Part shown: positions 25,188 through 33,910 of the stretch, piece by piece
How the letters are laid out: each line of letters opens with the position of its first letter
How positions within the stretch are numbered: the first letter of the stretch is position 1
Virus record (IMG/VR): IMGVR_UViG_3300012982_000015
Coordinates: 1-41,001 of that record
Strand: one strand, 5' to 3'
From: a virus
Taxonomy: Duplodnaviria > Caudoviricetes
Length of the DNA stretch: 41,001 nucleotides
Translations under genes and position numbers: made by a program
The notes under the pieces: generated by a model
The model's database searches: none
Told to the model about the DNA's origin: nothing
What the model saw: the letters and a program-made list of their open reading frames with translations, nothing else

Positions 25188-25937
25188 TCAGCCGCGCGGG
25201 CCGACCTCGAAGTTGTGCCAGGTGCCGCGCCAGAGCAGCTCGCTGATCGGCGGCGCGGAGAGTGCCGCGTGCGGCTTCGCTTTTGCGACCAGCGTCACCA
25301 GCGTCTTGACATCGCCGGCCAGCTCAAACGTGAGCGCGTCGACGGCGGCGGACTGCTGCGCCTGCGCGGGTTCGGCGCTGGATTCCCATAGCACCATCGC
25401 GTTCGAGGCCTGCAGCAGGACGTCGTGAGCGTGCGTCGCGGCGGCTTGGATCACCCGCCAGTCGTCGTCCGTAATCTGCCCGGCGCGGTGCGCGGCGATG
25501 GCGTCGCCGTAGGCCGATTCGTAGGCGACACGCGCGTCGTCGAGCGCCTCGTAGGTCCGCACGTCCCAGGCTTTGGCGGCGTGGGGCGCCTGCGGAGCGC
25601 CGCCATGCGCGCAACCGGTGAGCGGCATGAACACCATCGCCAGCAGCAGCGCAGCGGCGGTGGCGCTGCCGATGGCGCGCGGTGCGATGGTCTTGATCGT
25701 GCCGTGCAGGCCGGCCGCGGCGAGCGCCACCGCGACCGCCGTGCAGAGCGTGTTGACGTCGAGCGAGCCCGAGACCGCAATCGTCCCGATGAACGCGAAC
25801 GCGACGTTGAAGCCGACCGCGATGCGGCCGTACACGTAGCGGTCGAGGCCGGCCTTCTTGACGGCCTGCAACACGCCAAACAGGGCGGTCGCGGCGCCGA
25901 GGATCTGCGGAATGCTGAGCTGGAAGTGGGGCGTCAC
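25188..25937 (-). CDS. Holin-like multi-TM domain fused to a lipobox-containing helical domain, 249 aa
   Basis: GTG start overlapping endolysin stop, RBS AGGAG; three hydrophobic segments then AAALLLAMVFMPLTG-C. Confidence 0.65.
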   Translation of the reverse strand: MTPHFQLSIPQILGAATALFGVLQAVKKAGLDRYVYGRIAVGFNVAFAFIGTIAVSGSLDVNTLCTAVAVALAAAGLHGTIKTIAPRAIGSATAAALLLAMVFMPLTGCAHGGAPQAPHAAKAWDVRTYEALDDARVAYESAYGDAIAAHRAGQITDDDWRVIQAAATHAHDVLLQASNAMVLWESSAEPAQAQQSAAVDALTFELAGDVKTLVTLVAKAKPHAALSAPPISELLWRGTWHNFEVGPRG

Positions 25938-26452
25938 TGGACGGACTCCTTTGCCGGCGGGGCGGCGGGCGCGGGTGACATGGGCTGGTCGAGGCGATAG
26001 AACAACAGGCGCCCGAGTGCCGCGGTGCGGCGCTCCGGCGCGGCCCAGGCGGGCGGTGCGATCGACACGTCGAAGTAGTGGTCGGCGCCGAGCGAGGGGT
26101 CGAGCGCGGCGCCGGCCAGCACCAGGTTGGCGGCGCGGTAGCATCGCGCCCACGCGGTGGGGACGTCATGCGTGGTCGGGGAGAGCAGCTGCGGGCGGTT
26201 GGGGTCGGAACGGTTGAAGCAGGAAAACTGGTAGGGCGCGAGGATGACGGAGCGGAGGGTCTTGCCCCAGGCGCTTTCGGGATGGCGCACGCGGTTGCGG
26301 ACGACGCTCGCGACCGCGATCTTGACCTCGTCGCGCTGGCCGCGCGCCTCGCCCCAAATCAGCATGGCGAGCAGCGTGGTCTCGTCCTGCTCCTCGAAGG
26401 GAGCAAGCGGGTTCGGGTTGAAGACGCCGACGAGATCGAGTGGCACAGTCAT
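25934..26452 (-). CDS. Endolysin, SleB/Hydrolase_2 cell wall hydrolase family
   Basis: LIWGEARG, AVASVVRNRV, YQFSCFN, GADHY, GRLLFY; start uncertain (26452 or 26524). Confidence 0.9.
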   Translation of the reverse strand: MTVPLDLVGVFNPNPLAPFEEQDETTLLAMLIWGEARGQRDEVKIAVASVVRNRVRHPESAWGKTLRSVILAPYQFSCFNRSDPNRPQLLSPTTHDVPTAWARCYRAANLVLAGAALDPSLGADHYFDVSIAPPAWAAPERRTAALGRLLFYRLDQPMSPAPAAPPAKESVQ

Positions 26453-26631
26453 AGGCTCGTCACTGGTGACACACCAGCATGAAGCTACGGCTGTGATGGT
26501 CGGCGGATATTGCGGACGAAACAATAACCCGCGGTCACGCGAGGGATTGTGGTTGCACGAATCGGCGCATGAACAAAGGGGCTAGAGGACCTGATAAAAA
26601 TTCTTGGCGTGGCCTACGGGGCGCAGTGGTC

Positions 26632-27081
26632 CTACTTGCCGGAAGGTACGCCTCCGACTCCGGCCTGAATGATGTGGGAAATCGCGCGAGGTTTTGGGAA
26701 TCCGGCGAGCCTCTCTTTCGTGCCTCCGGTTCCATTGATCAAAATATCTCCATATCCCAAACACTTGCCACCCAGGCCTGTCGAGACCGACACCGCCTCA
26801 ACCCGGGAAAGGACGATATTGATTTCGCGTTTTCGAATTACGCCAGACGCAGACAGCACTCTGCGGTCCGTCACTGCGAGCCACGATGACTTGCGACTAA
26901 ACCACGCATATGCGAAGAAGATTGCTCCGACGAATGCAAAAATGCCCGCCCCGTCAGCTTTCACCATCATCGGAATCAGGAATAGAAGCAGGATAAATGC
27001 AGGGAAAATCATCATCTTCCAGTGGGCCTTGCATGCGAACGTAAGCGACTCGCCAGGCATTAAGTCGAAAGGTGTGTTCAT
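26632..27081 (-). CDS. Membrane protein with bacterial PH domain (bPH_2/YdbS-like)
   Basis: Two TMs then AVTDRRV...GVIR...LSRVEAV...LGYGDILI; AT-richer accessory gene. Confidence 0.85.
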   Translation of the reverse strand: MNTPFDLMPGESLTFACKAHWKMMIFPAFILLLFLIPMMVKADGAGIFAFVGAIFFAYAWFSRKSSWLAVTDRRVLSASGVIRKREINIVLSRVEAVSVSTGLGGKCLGYGDILINGTGGTKERLAGFPKPRAISHIIQAGVGGVPSGK

Positions 27082-27127
27082 CGAGTACTCCTTCGGTGTT
27101 TCGGACGAGCGTTCAGACAAATGGCCG

Positions 27128-27343
27128 TTATTGCGTGTCTTTCGAGACGTCCCTCTCGCTCGATGGCGGCTCCGAGGTTACGCCTTTCCTCGTCTCCGCT
27201 CCTTCATGGCGGAGGTGATCGAGCACTACATGTTCAACGTGTCTTCTGCGTTTTTCGCTGCAAATTTGAGAGTAGAGCTCGGCGAGCTTCTTTGGCTGCA
27301 AGGTATTGATCGTATTGCGTGGAAAGTCGTACAAGTTCCCCAT
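27128..27343 (-). CDS. Small protein overlapping the repressor 3' end
   Basis: GGAGG Shine-Dalgarno at 27350-27354 before ATG. Confidence 0.45.
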   Translation of the reverse strand: MGNLYDFPRNTINTLQPKKLAELYSQICSEKRRRHVEHVVLDHLRHEGAETRKGVTSEPPSSERDVSKDTQ

Positions 27344-27641
27344 GCAGGTCCTCCGTCAACGGAAAGCTGGCATCTTCCTCAGCAGACACCGATAAATTTA
27401 GAACCGCCTTGGCCGCAAGGCCAGGGTGTTGCCGATACATTGCGCGCAATGCCTTGAGTGCCCAGATCTCCTCGTACGACGAAGCGACAGGAGACTCGTC
27501 GAGCCACATCATGAGTCCCTGCGTGGTGGCGCCGGTTATATCGGTAGCGCGCACCGCTGCCACGCGTTCGATTCGCTCGTATAGATCCTCAGGAATCCTT
27601 GCCTGAAGGGGCCGTTTCGGGATTTTAGGATTCCGCGCCAT
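27234..27641 (-). CDS. Putative immunity repressor with N-terminal ribbon-helix-helix domain, 135 aa
   Basis: KRPLQARIPEDLYERIERVA Arc/CopG pattern; divergent from the early operon; start reassigned to 27641. Confidence 0.7.
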   Translation of the reverse strand: MARNPKIPKRPLQARIPEDLYERIERVAAVRATDITGATTQGLMMWLDESPVASSYEEIWALKALRAMYRQHPGLAAKAVLNLSVSAEEDASFPLTEDLHGELVRLSTQYDQYLAAKEARRALLSNLQRKTQKTR

Positions 27642-27697
27642 TTTGGTGTTGGCTACATGGTGCCCAACTCGTTGATTCTGGGCAAGTTGCATATTTA

Positions 27698-27752
27698 TCA
27701 ATACGTATGCATGAGATGTATTGACAATCGAAGGCATTTGCACTACAAATGC
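27698..27752 (+). promoter_or_regulatory. Early promoter and operators
   Basis: TTGACA (27721-27726)-17 bp-TACAAA; palindromes TCAATAC...GTATTGA (27698-27724) and GCATTTG-N5-CAAATGC (27734-27752) overlap -35 and -10. Confidence 0.75.
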
Positions 27753-27758
27753 ATTCGC

Positions 27759-27941
27759 ATGAGGAAGCACTTGGCCGCTCGATCAAAGTTTCCGGTTTCT
27801 GCGCGGGTCTCGCGGGAAGTGGATGCGCAGATCTCTGCGATCGCGGTTCGCGAGCGGCGCTCCGTCTCGGCTGTGATTGAAATTCTCCTGGACGAAGCGC
27901 TCGCGGCGAGGCGCAGGAGGACAGAGAAAAATGTCGCCTAA
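27759..27941 (+). CDS. Ribbon-helix-helix protein (Cro/Ner functional analogue), 60 aa
   Basis: FPVSARVSREVDAQISAIAVRERRSVSAVIEILLDEAL; first early gene. Confidence 0.8.
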   Translation: MRKHLAARSKFPVSARVSREVDAQISAIAVRERRSVSAVIEILLDEALAARRRRTEKNVA

Positions 27942-28221
27942 AGGTCCCATCAACCAGCGTGACTTTAGCCACGCCATGCTTCCGGTGTCCCGGGCTGTCG
28001 CCGCATTCGACCGTCGCATTAGTCGTCGCACGCTGCTGCGGCTTCTGTCTCTCGGAGCACTCCGTGGGCGACGGCAGGGTACCCATTGGATGGTCGACGT
28101 CGTCGAGCTTCGTCGGTACCTGACGGAACCCGACTTCAACCGCAAGCGAACCGAAGCGTATCGTCGCGCGCTTGCGTTCCAGAGACGGGTAAGGTCCCGC
28201 GGAGTTTCCCATGTCGATTGA
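27931..28221 (+). CDS. Excisionase/MerR-like HTH DNA-binding protein
   Basis: ISRRTLLRLLSLGALRGRRQGTHWMV. Confidence 0.75.
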   Translation: MSPKGPINQRDFSHAMLPVSRAVAAFDRRISRRTLLRLLSLGALRGRRQGTHWMVDVVELRRYLTEPDFNRKRTEAYRRALAFQRRVRSRGVSHVD

Positions 28222-28429
28222 TTTCCCTGTGCATCCGCGGCTCAACGAAGAAGAGGAGGCGCTGGTGCAGGAGCTGCTGCAGTTGGCGCCGGTGAAGCGG
28301 ACGACTTTGGTGACGGGTTGCATCGCTTACGCACTTGCGAAGGTGCGCCACGACGGGGACGAGTTTCAACGCCTGCTTCAGATGCTTCGCAGGCGCATGC
28401 AGGCGTTGCCTGCCGAGGTGCCGGCATGA
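28211..28429 (+). CDS. Hypothetical protein
   Basis: RBS GGAG, coupled ORF. Confidence 0.6.
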   Translation: MSIDFPVHPRLNEEEEALVQELLQLAPVKRTTLVTGCIAYALAKVRHDGDEFQRLLQMLRRRMQALPAEVPA

Positions 28430-28869
28430 AGGGCGAGACGCGCACGTATCTGGCCTCGGCGCTGCGGACGCGGCGCGAACACCTGGGGCTGACGCTGGAC
28501 GGGCTGGCGCACAAGGCGCACGTCCAGGTGGAGCGGCTGCTGGCGCTGGAGTCGGCGCTGGTGCAGGACCCCGACCAGCGCGAACTGCGCCGCCTGGCGG
28601 AGGCGCTGCTGACCGCGCCCACGGCGCTGACCGGGGAACCGGAGCCGGCCGCCGCCCCGGCATTAGCCCGCCTGCGGCTCGCAGTGAGCGAGGGCGAGGC
28701 GCTGGTGGTGACCGGCGACTGGCCGGTGCGCCTGTGGCGCGCCTGCTTCGCCGAGCGGCTGCTGGCTGAGGCCAGCGATGACGCCTTTGCCATCGAGGTG
28801 TGGCGGCGTGCCGAGGCGATCGCACTCGCCTACCCGCAACGGGTGCGCATGGAAAGAAGGGCCGCGTGA
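28426..28869 (+). CDS. XRE-family HTH protein
   Basis: LRTRREHLGLTLDGLA...LES...LRRLAEAL; ATGA-coupled start at 28426. Confidence 0.8.
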   Translation: MKGETRTYLASALRTRREHLGLTLDGLAHKAHVQVERLLALESALVQDPDQRELRRLAEALLTAPTALTGEPEPAAAPALARLRLAVSEGEALVVTGDWPVRLWRACFAERLLAEASDDAFAIEVWRRAEAIALAYPQRVRMERRAA

Positions 28870-29057
28870 GCAACCCGAAAGACCGCAAGTTGTGGGCGAC
28901 GCAGGCCCGTACCGATGCGGCGGCGGAGCTCATTTTAGGCTGCGCGCTGGCTTGCAGCTATTGCGAGGACCTCAACCCTATTGAGGCGCTGCGTATCTTG
29001 AAGGTCTCGATCGCAAAGGCGGAAGCCCTGCTTGGAACGGAGGCGAAGCGTGGCTAA
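28866..29057 (+). CDS. Hypothetical protein
   Basis: GTGA-coupled start at 28866. Confidence 0.5.
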   Translation: MSNPKDRKLWATQARTDAAAELILGCALACSYCEDLNPIEALRILKVSIAKAEALLGTEAKRG

Positions 29058-29631
29058 CGCTTTCCCCTTGTCATGGCCGGCCGGCGTGCCCCGCAACATG
29101 GGGCGCCGCCAATCTCGCTTCGGGCAGCGCACGCTCGAAAAGGCCTACTTCGAGCTCGTCAACCAGCTTCGTCTGCTGGGGGCGCGGGCCGTCGTGGTCT
29201 CGACCAACGTGCCGCTGCGCAACGACGGCCGCCCCTACTCCAACCCCGGCCGGATGGACGACCCGGGCGTGGCGGTCTTCTTCCGGCTCGCGGGGCGCGA
29301 CTACTGCATGCCCTGCGATTGTTGGCGCACGGTCGAGGAGAACGTCTACGCGATCGCCAAGCACGTCGCGGCGATGAGCGGGCAGTTGCGCTGGGGCGTG
29401 GCCTCGGTGGAACAGGCGTTCGCGGGCTTCAAGGCGCTGCCGGCATCCGATCCCTTCGGGCGGCTTGGGTTGCACGAAGGCGCCAGCGTCGCGGCGATCG
29501 AGGCTGCGTTCCGGGAGCGCGCGGTGACGTGTCACCCCGACAAGGGCGGCAGTCACGAGGTGATGGCTGAGCTCAACCGGGCGCGCGAAGAGGCGCTGCA
29601 GCGGGCGCGTAGCGGGGAGGTGCGGCCATGA
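29050..29631 (+). CDS. Phage J-domain (DnaJ-like) protein
   Basis: FPLSWPAG, VVVSTNVPLR, DPGVAVFF N-domain; C-terminal HPDKGG...ELNRAR J-domain. Confidence 0.9.
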   Translation: MANAFPLSWPAGVPRNMGRRQSRFGQRTLEKAYFELVNQLRLLGARAVVVSTNVPLRNDGRPYSNPGRMDDPGVAVFFRLAGRDYCMPCDCWRTVEENVYAIAKHVAAMSGQLRWGVASVEQAFAGFKALPASDPFGRLGLHEGASVAAIEAAFRERAVTCHPDKGGSHEVMAELNRAREEALQRARSGEVRP

Positions 29632-29825
29632 TCCAGTTTCCGCGAGTTAGGCAGGAGGGCTTGCTGGCAGGCCAGCCTCTTGCCGGGGCAAAGGGGCCGG
29701 CGGCTTGGGTCGCCGGCTACGCCTCCGCAGCGCCTACGCCCGGTCGGGCGGCGGCGGCCACGGGAACCCACCGAAGTTCGGTCGCATCGTCTTTCACCCC
29801 CTTTCGTCGGTTAGAGGACAGCACC

Positions 29826-30350
29826 ATGCCCATTCACATCGTCGTGCAGCACGGGTTACTCATACTGCTCGCGATCGTACTGCTTTTTTTGATTGTCGCG
29901 ACCGGGAATTTTTCAAAGCTCGGCCCGGCGGCGATCTGGATCGCCTTCGACCTGTTCGTGTCCATCGTCGCGACCATCGCCTGCGGCCTGCCCCACTACC
30001 GCGCGATGATCCCGGTGCTCGCCTGGGCACACTTCGTCACCATGTTCATCGCGCTCGGCGGCATGTGGTGGTGGGTGCACCGCGACCTGCACCCGCTGGC
30101 CGACACCTTCTTCATGGGCTTCCTGCTGTACGCCGCGGTGCGCCTCATGCAGGTCGAGGCGCTGGCCATCGGCGTGCCCCTCGACTACGTCGAGCTGCTC
30201 AACACGGCCACCTACGCGCTGGTTGCGGGCGTCATGATCTTCCGCCTGCTGGTGCCGATTCCGCCCGATGTGGCGGCGGCGCGGACGCCGCGCTGGAACT
30301 CCGCGACGCTTCCGAGCGTGGTGATGGCACGCGTCGCTGGCCGGCAGTAA
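29826..30350 (+). CDS. Multi-pass (about 5 TM) membrane protein
   Basis: Hydrophobic segments, RBS GAGGA; in-frame upstream start at 29628 is also possible. Confidence 0.7.
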   Translation: MPIHIVVQHGLLILLAIVLLFLIVATGNFSKLGPAAIWIAFDLFVSIVATIACGLPHYRAMIPVLAWAHFVTMFIALGGMWWWVHRDLHPLADTFFMGFLLYAAVRLMQVEALAIGVPLDYVELLNTATYALVAGVMIFRLLVPIPPDVAAARTPRWNSATLPSVVMARVAGRQ

Positions 30351-30369
30351 CCCCGCAGGACCTTACCGC

Positions 30370-32598
30370 ATGGGCACTTCCTTCGTCACCGTCGAGTACG
30401 CCGCGCGACTGGCCGACTGTTCGCCGCGTTCGATCCTGCGCCAGGTGGCCGCCGGCAAGCTGCGCGCGCAGCGGGCGCCGTCGCACCACCACGAGGGCAA
30501 GGAGACGACACTGGTGGCGGTCGCCTCGCTGCCCTATGTCGCGCAGCAGCGCTGGGTGACGGCGCGCAAGGTGGTGCGCATGCCGAGCGCGGCGCCGACG
30601 CTGGGCGAGCTGGCGGTCGAGGCAATCACGCCGGAAGCGGCCGCGCCCCAGGGCGCGGGGCTGCCGAGCGGGCTCTCCGGAGAAAAGCTCGCCTGGGCGA
30701 TGTACCGTTTCCGGATCCTCGAGCCGTTGGTGTCGGGAGAGTGGGCGCGCAGCCTGGGCCAGACGCTGGCCGGGCAGGCGATCCACAACAAGTCCGACTT
30801 CGTCGCCTACCTGGCCACGGTGGAGTTCGCCAAACCGAACGGCAAGACGGAGCGCTACTCGACGGGCGGCATCTACCGCATGCTGCGGCGCTACGCCGAG
30901 AGCGGCATCGCCGGGCTGACCAACGAGACGCGCTCGGACCGCGGCTCGACCAAACTCAGCCAGCCGCTGCAGGACTTCGTCATCGCCGCCTACTGTTCCG
31001 GGGGCAGCCCCGCACAGCCGGCGCTGCGCAGCCTGCGCGAAGTGGCGCGCCTGATCGACCAGGAGCGCGAGAAGCGCGAGCTGCTCGGGCGCGAGGGCAA
31101 GCTGCTCGACTACATTCGCGGCGAGCACGACTTCGCCTACCTGACCGAACGCCGACGCGGCTTCCGCGAGTTCATGCGGGAGGACGGCACGCCACAGGCG
31201 GCCGACTACTACCTCTTTCCGCCGGCGTCGCTGAGCACGCTCGGGCGCTTCGTCGCGTCCGTTCCGGAGCCGCTCAAGATGCTGGCCCGCGAGGGCGTCA
31301 AGCGCTACAAGGCCAAGGCCGAGCCGGTCATCCTGCGCGACTACGCCTCACTCCTGCCCATGCAGTACGTCGTCTTCGACCACCGCAAGGCCGACATCTT
31401 CGTGCTTCGCAAGCAGCAGGGCAGGTACTCGCTGGTGCGCCCCTGGGAGACCGTTGCGATCGACATGAAGTCGCGCATGGTGCTCGCCTGCGTGCCCTGT
31501 GTGACGCCCTCCGCGGAGACGGTGGTCTCGTGCGTGCGGCAGATCATCAAGCGGTTCGGCCTGTTCACCGCCGCCTACATGGATAACGGGAAGGAATTCA
31601 CGGCCGAGTGGGTGGATGGCGAAGGCGCGCACGAGGCGGCCGCGGCGGGGATCGACGACGCCGGCGACGCGCTCACGGCGGCGCGCGGCGTCTTCGGACA
31701 GCTGGGCATCGAGACGCTGCACGCGATGCCGTTCAACGCGCGCGCCAAACTGATCGAGCCCAGCTTCCGCAACCCGGCGCGCTACGAACGCACGCTGGCC
31801 GGCGCCTGCGGCAACCGCTCGGAACATCGGCCGGAGTGGCTCAGCCAGTGGACGAAGGAGTTCAAGCGCTGGGGCGGCGAGAACGACAACAACCCCTTCT
31901 ACACCTTCGACGAGTTCCGGCTGCTCAAGCAGCACTACTACTTCGAGGTCTACAACCGCCGCATCCATACGGGCCGCGAGATGAAGGGCCGCTCGCCCGA
32001 CCAGGTGATGCGCGAGGAGTACCTTACCGCGGGCCTCGCGCGGACGGTCGATCCGCGCGCGCTCGATCTCCTGCTGCAAAAGCGCCGCAACCGCATCGTG
32101 CAGCAGGGCGGGACGCTCGTCGTGCGCTTCGGCGGCGAGGATCGCGTGTTCACCGACCCGAAGCTCTTCCTGCTGCAGGGCCGCGAGGTCGAGACGTCGC
32201 ACGATCCGCAGGACCTCGGCGAGATGTGCGTCTACGAGCCGGCGGGCAATTACATCTGCACCGCCACCTGCCAGGAGCTGCACGGCATGGGCGAGCGCGA
32301 GATCTCGGAGCCCATCAAGCGCCAGCGGCAGCTCCTGAGCGGACTCAAGAAGGCGCTCTCGCAGCAGCACCGCTATGCCAGCGTCCCGAGCCCGATGGAG
32401 CAGGTCGCGTGGCAGCGCCGCCTGGCGGAGGCGCACGGCACGCCGGCGGCGGCCTCGGCCGAAGGCCAGCCTGCCAACACGCCGCTGCCGGAACGGTTCC
32501 AGCTCGCGGCGGCAGTCGCCGGCGCGCAGCGGGTTGTCCCGGCAGCGGCCGAGACGCCGGAAGAGGAGCGCCTGACGCTCTTCGGGGTCGAGCAGTAA
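30370..32598 (+). CDS. Mu-like DDE transposase (MuA)
   Basis: N-terminal HTH, RSDRG, VFDHRKAD / YMDNGKEF / AKLIEPSF DDE triad, YNRRIH, Mu-transposase C-terminal beta domain. Confidence 0.95.
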   Translation: MGTSFVTVEYAARLADCSPRSILRQVAAGKLRAQRAPSHHHEGKETTLVAVASLPYVAQQRWVTARKVVRMPSAAPTLGELAVEAITPEAAAPQGAGLPSGLSGEKLAWAMYRFRILEPLVSGEWARSLGQTLAGQAIHNKSDFVAYLATVEFAKPNGKTERYSTGGIYRMLRRYAESGIAGLTNETRSDRGSTKLSQPLQDFVIAAYCSGGSPAQPALRSLREVARLIDQEREKRELLGREGKLLDYIRGEHDFAYLTERRRGFREFMREDGTPQAADYYLFPPASLSTLGRFVASVPEPLKMLAREGVKRYKAKAEPVILRDYASLLPMQYVVFDHRKADIFVLRKQQGRYSLVRPWETVAIDMKSRMVLACVPCVTPSAETVVSCVRQIIKRFGLFTAAYMDNGKEFTAEWVDGEGAHEAAAAGIDDAGDALTAARGVFGQLGIETLHAMPFNARAKLIEPSFRNPARYERTLAGACGNRSEHRPEWLSQWTKEFKRWGGENDNNPFYTFDEFRLLKQHYYFEVYNRRIHTGREMKGRSPDQVMREEYLTAGLARTVDPRALDLLLQKRRNRIVQQGGTLVVRFGGEDRVFTDPKLFLLQGREVETSHDPQDLGEMCVYEPAGNYICTATCQELHGMGEREISEPIKRQRQLLSGLKKALSQQHRYASVPSPMEQVAWQRRLAEAHGTPAAASAEGQPANTPLPERFQLAAAVAGAQRVVPAAAETPEEERLTLFGVEQ

Positions 32599-33638
32599 TG
32601 ACGTCGCAGCTCACCTTGACGGAGGCTGCGAAGCTGCGGGGCGAGCTGCGGCACTTCCAGAGCCACACCGGCCTGGGACGCTACGAGATCGCGCGCATCA
32701 CCGGCATGAGCTGGCCGGGCGTGCACTACATCCTGAACGGCTCGCGGCGGCGGCCGCAGCAGGTGAGCGCGGAAAGGCTGAGGACATTTATGGCGAGCTA
32801 TCTGCAGAGTCACCCTGGCGCGGCCACGGCCGAGCGCGACGACATGGGACACGCGCTGGCGGCCACCGAGGCGACCACCAAGGCGGCCGCCCCGGAGGAC
32901 TTTGTCATGACGCGCGCGGCCCGCACCGTCCACGAGGTACTGAACTACTGCGCACGGCGAGGCCATAACGGCGGCATCTTCGGCGACCCCGGCACCGGCA
33001 AGACGCTCAGTCTGTCGCGCTGGTCCGCGATGACCCGGCACCGGCACGTCATCATCTGGTGCCATGCCTATACGAGCTACACGCGCCTGGTGCGCGCCAT
33101 CGCCCGCGCGCTCGGAGTGCCGGCGGGCGGCTCGATCGACGTGCTCGACGACCTGATCCACGACGAGCTCGCCGCCCACCCGCGCATGCTGCTACTGGAT
33201 GAGGCCGACATGCTCTCGGCCCGCACGCTGGACTGGCTGCGCACGCTGTGGGATCGATCCGACCATCGCAGCAACTTCGTGTTCACCGCCAAGCCGGCGT
33301 TCTACCGGCGCCTGCAATCCGCGCACGCTCGATCGCAGCAGGACCTGCGCCAGATCTGGCAGCGGCTGGCCGTGAAACAAATGATCGCGGGCTTTGACCG
33401 CGACGAACTGGCGCAGGTGCTCACCAGCCGCAAGCTCACCGGCCGTATCGACGCCGACGCCGCCGAGGCACTCTTCTCCATGAGCCAGGGCAGCTTCCGG
33501 GAGCTGGTGATGATTCTCGACCTGGTCGAGCAAGCACTCGAAGAAAACCCCAAGCTGGCCGGGCGGATCACCCCGAAGGTGGTGGATGCGGCCTACCGGT
33601 CGAGGTTCGGCGCCGAGTTTACCCGGAGGCGCGGATGA
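32598..33638 (+). CDS. Transposition ATPase (MuB-like AAA+) with N-terminal HTH, 346 aa
   Basis: GDPGTGKT Walker A, LLLDEAD Walker B, LRTLWD; TAATG coupling to MuA. Confidence 0.93.
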   Translation: MTSQLTLTEAAKLRGELRHFQSHTGLGRYEIARITGMSWPGVHYILNGSRRRPQQVSAERLRTFMASYLQSHPGAATAERDDMGHALAATEATTKAAAPEDFVMTRAARTVHEVLNYCARRGHNGGIFGDPGTGKTLSLSRWSAMTRHRHVIIWCHAYTSYTRLVRAIARALGVPAGGSIDVLDDLIHDELAAHPRMLLLDEADMLSARTLDWLRTLWDRSDHRSNFVFTAKPAFYRRLQSAHARSQQDLRQIWQRLAVKQMIAGFDRDELAQVLTSRKLTGRIDADAAEALFSMSQGSFRELVMILDLVEQALEENPKLAGRITPKVVDAAYRSRFGAEFTRRRG

Positions 33639-33910
33639 GGCTCGACGAGTTCCAGTGCGACATCTGTTCTGCGCCCAAGCGAGAAGCCAACCACTGGTTC
33701 GTGGCGTGGGAGTCGTTTGAGGAGATCCGCTTTATGCGCTGGGCAGTCGCGGCGTTCAACTACGAACCACCCGACCCCATCCGCATGGGCGACGACCCCC
33801 GCCACGCCGACGCTCACCTGTGCGGCCATGAGTGCCTGCACCGCTGGATCGACCAGAAGCTTTCAGAAGGAGAAGTCAGTGCCCAAGAAGACCGAATCGC
33901 CAAAGCCTAA
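33635..33910 (+). CDS. Zinc-binding hypothetical protein
   Basis: CDIC...NHW...HLCGHEC. Confidence 0.7.
   Translation: MRLDEFQCDICSAPKREANHWFVAWESFEEIRFMRWAVAAFNYEPPDPIRMGDDPRHADAHLCGHECLHRWIDQKLSEGEVSAQEDRIAKA

Noticed and set aside
31608-32597. N-terminal 330-aa extension of MuB overlapping MuA
   Set aside because: Arg/Gly/Ala-rich off-frame read; the real start is the TAATG-coupled ATG at 32598.
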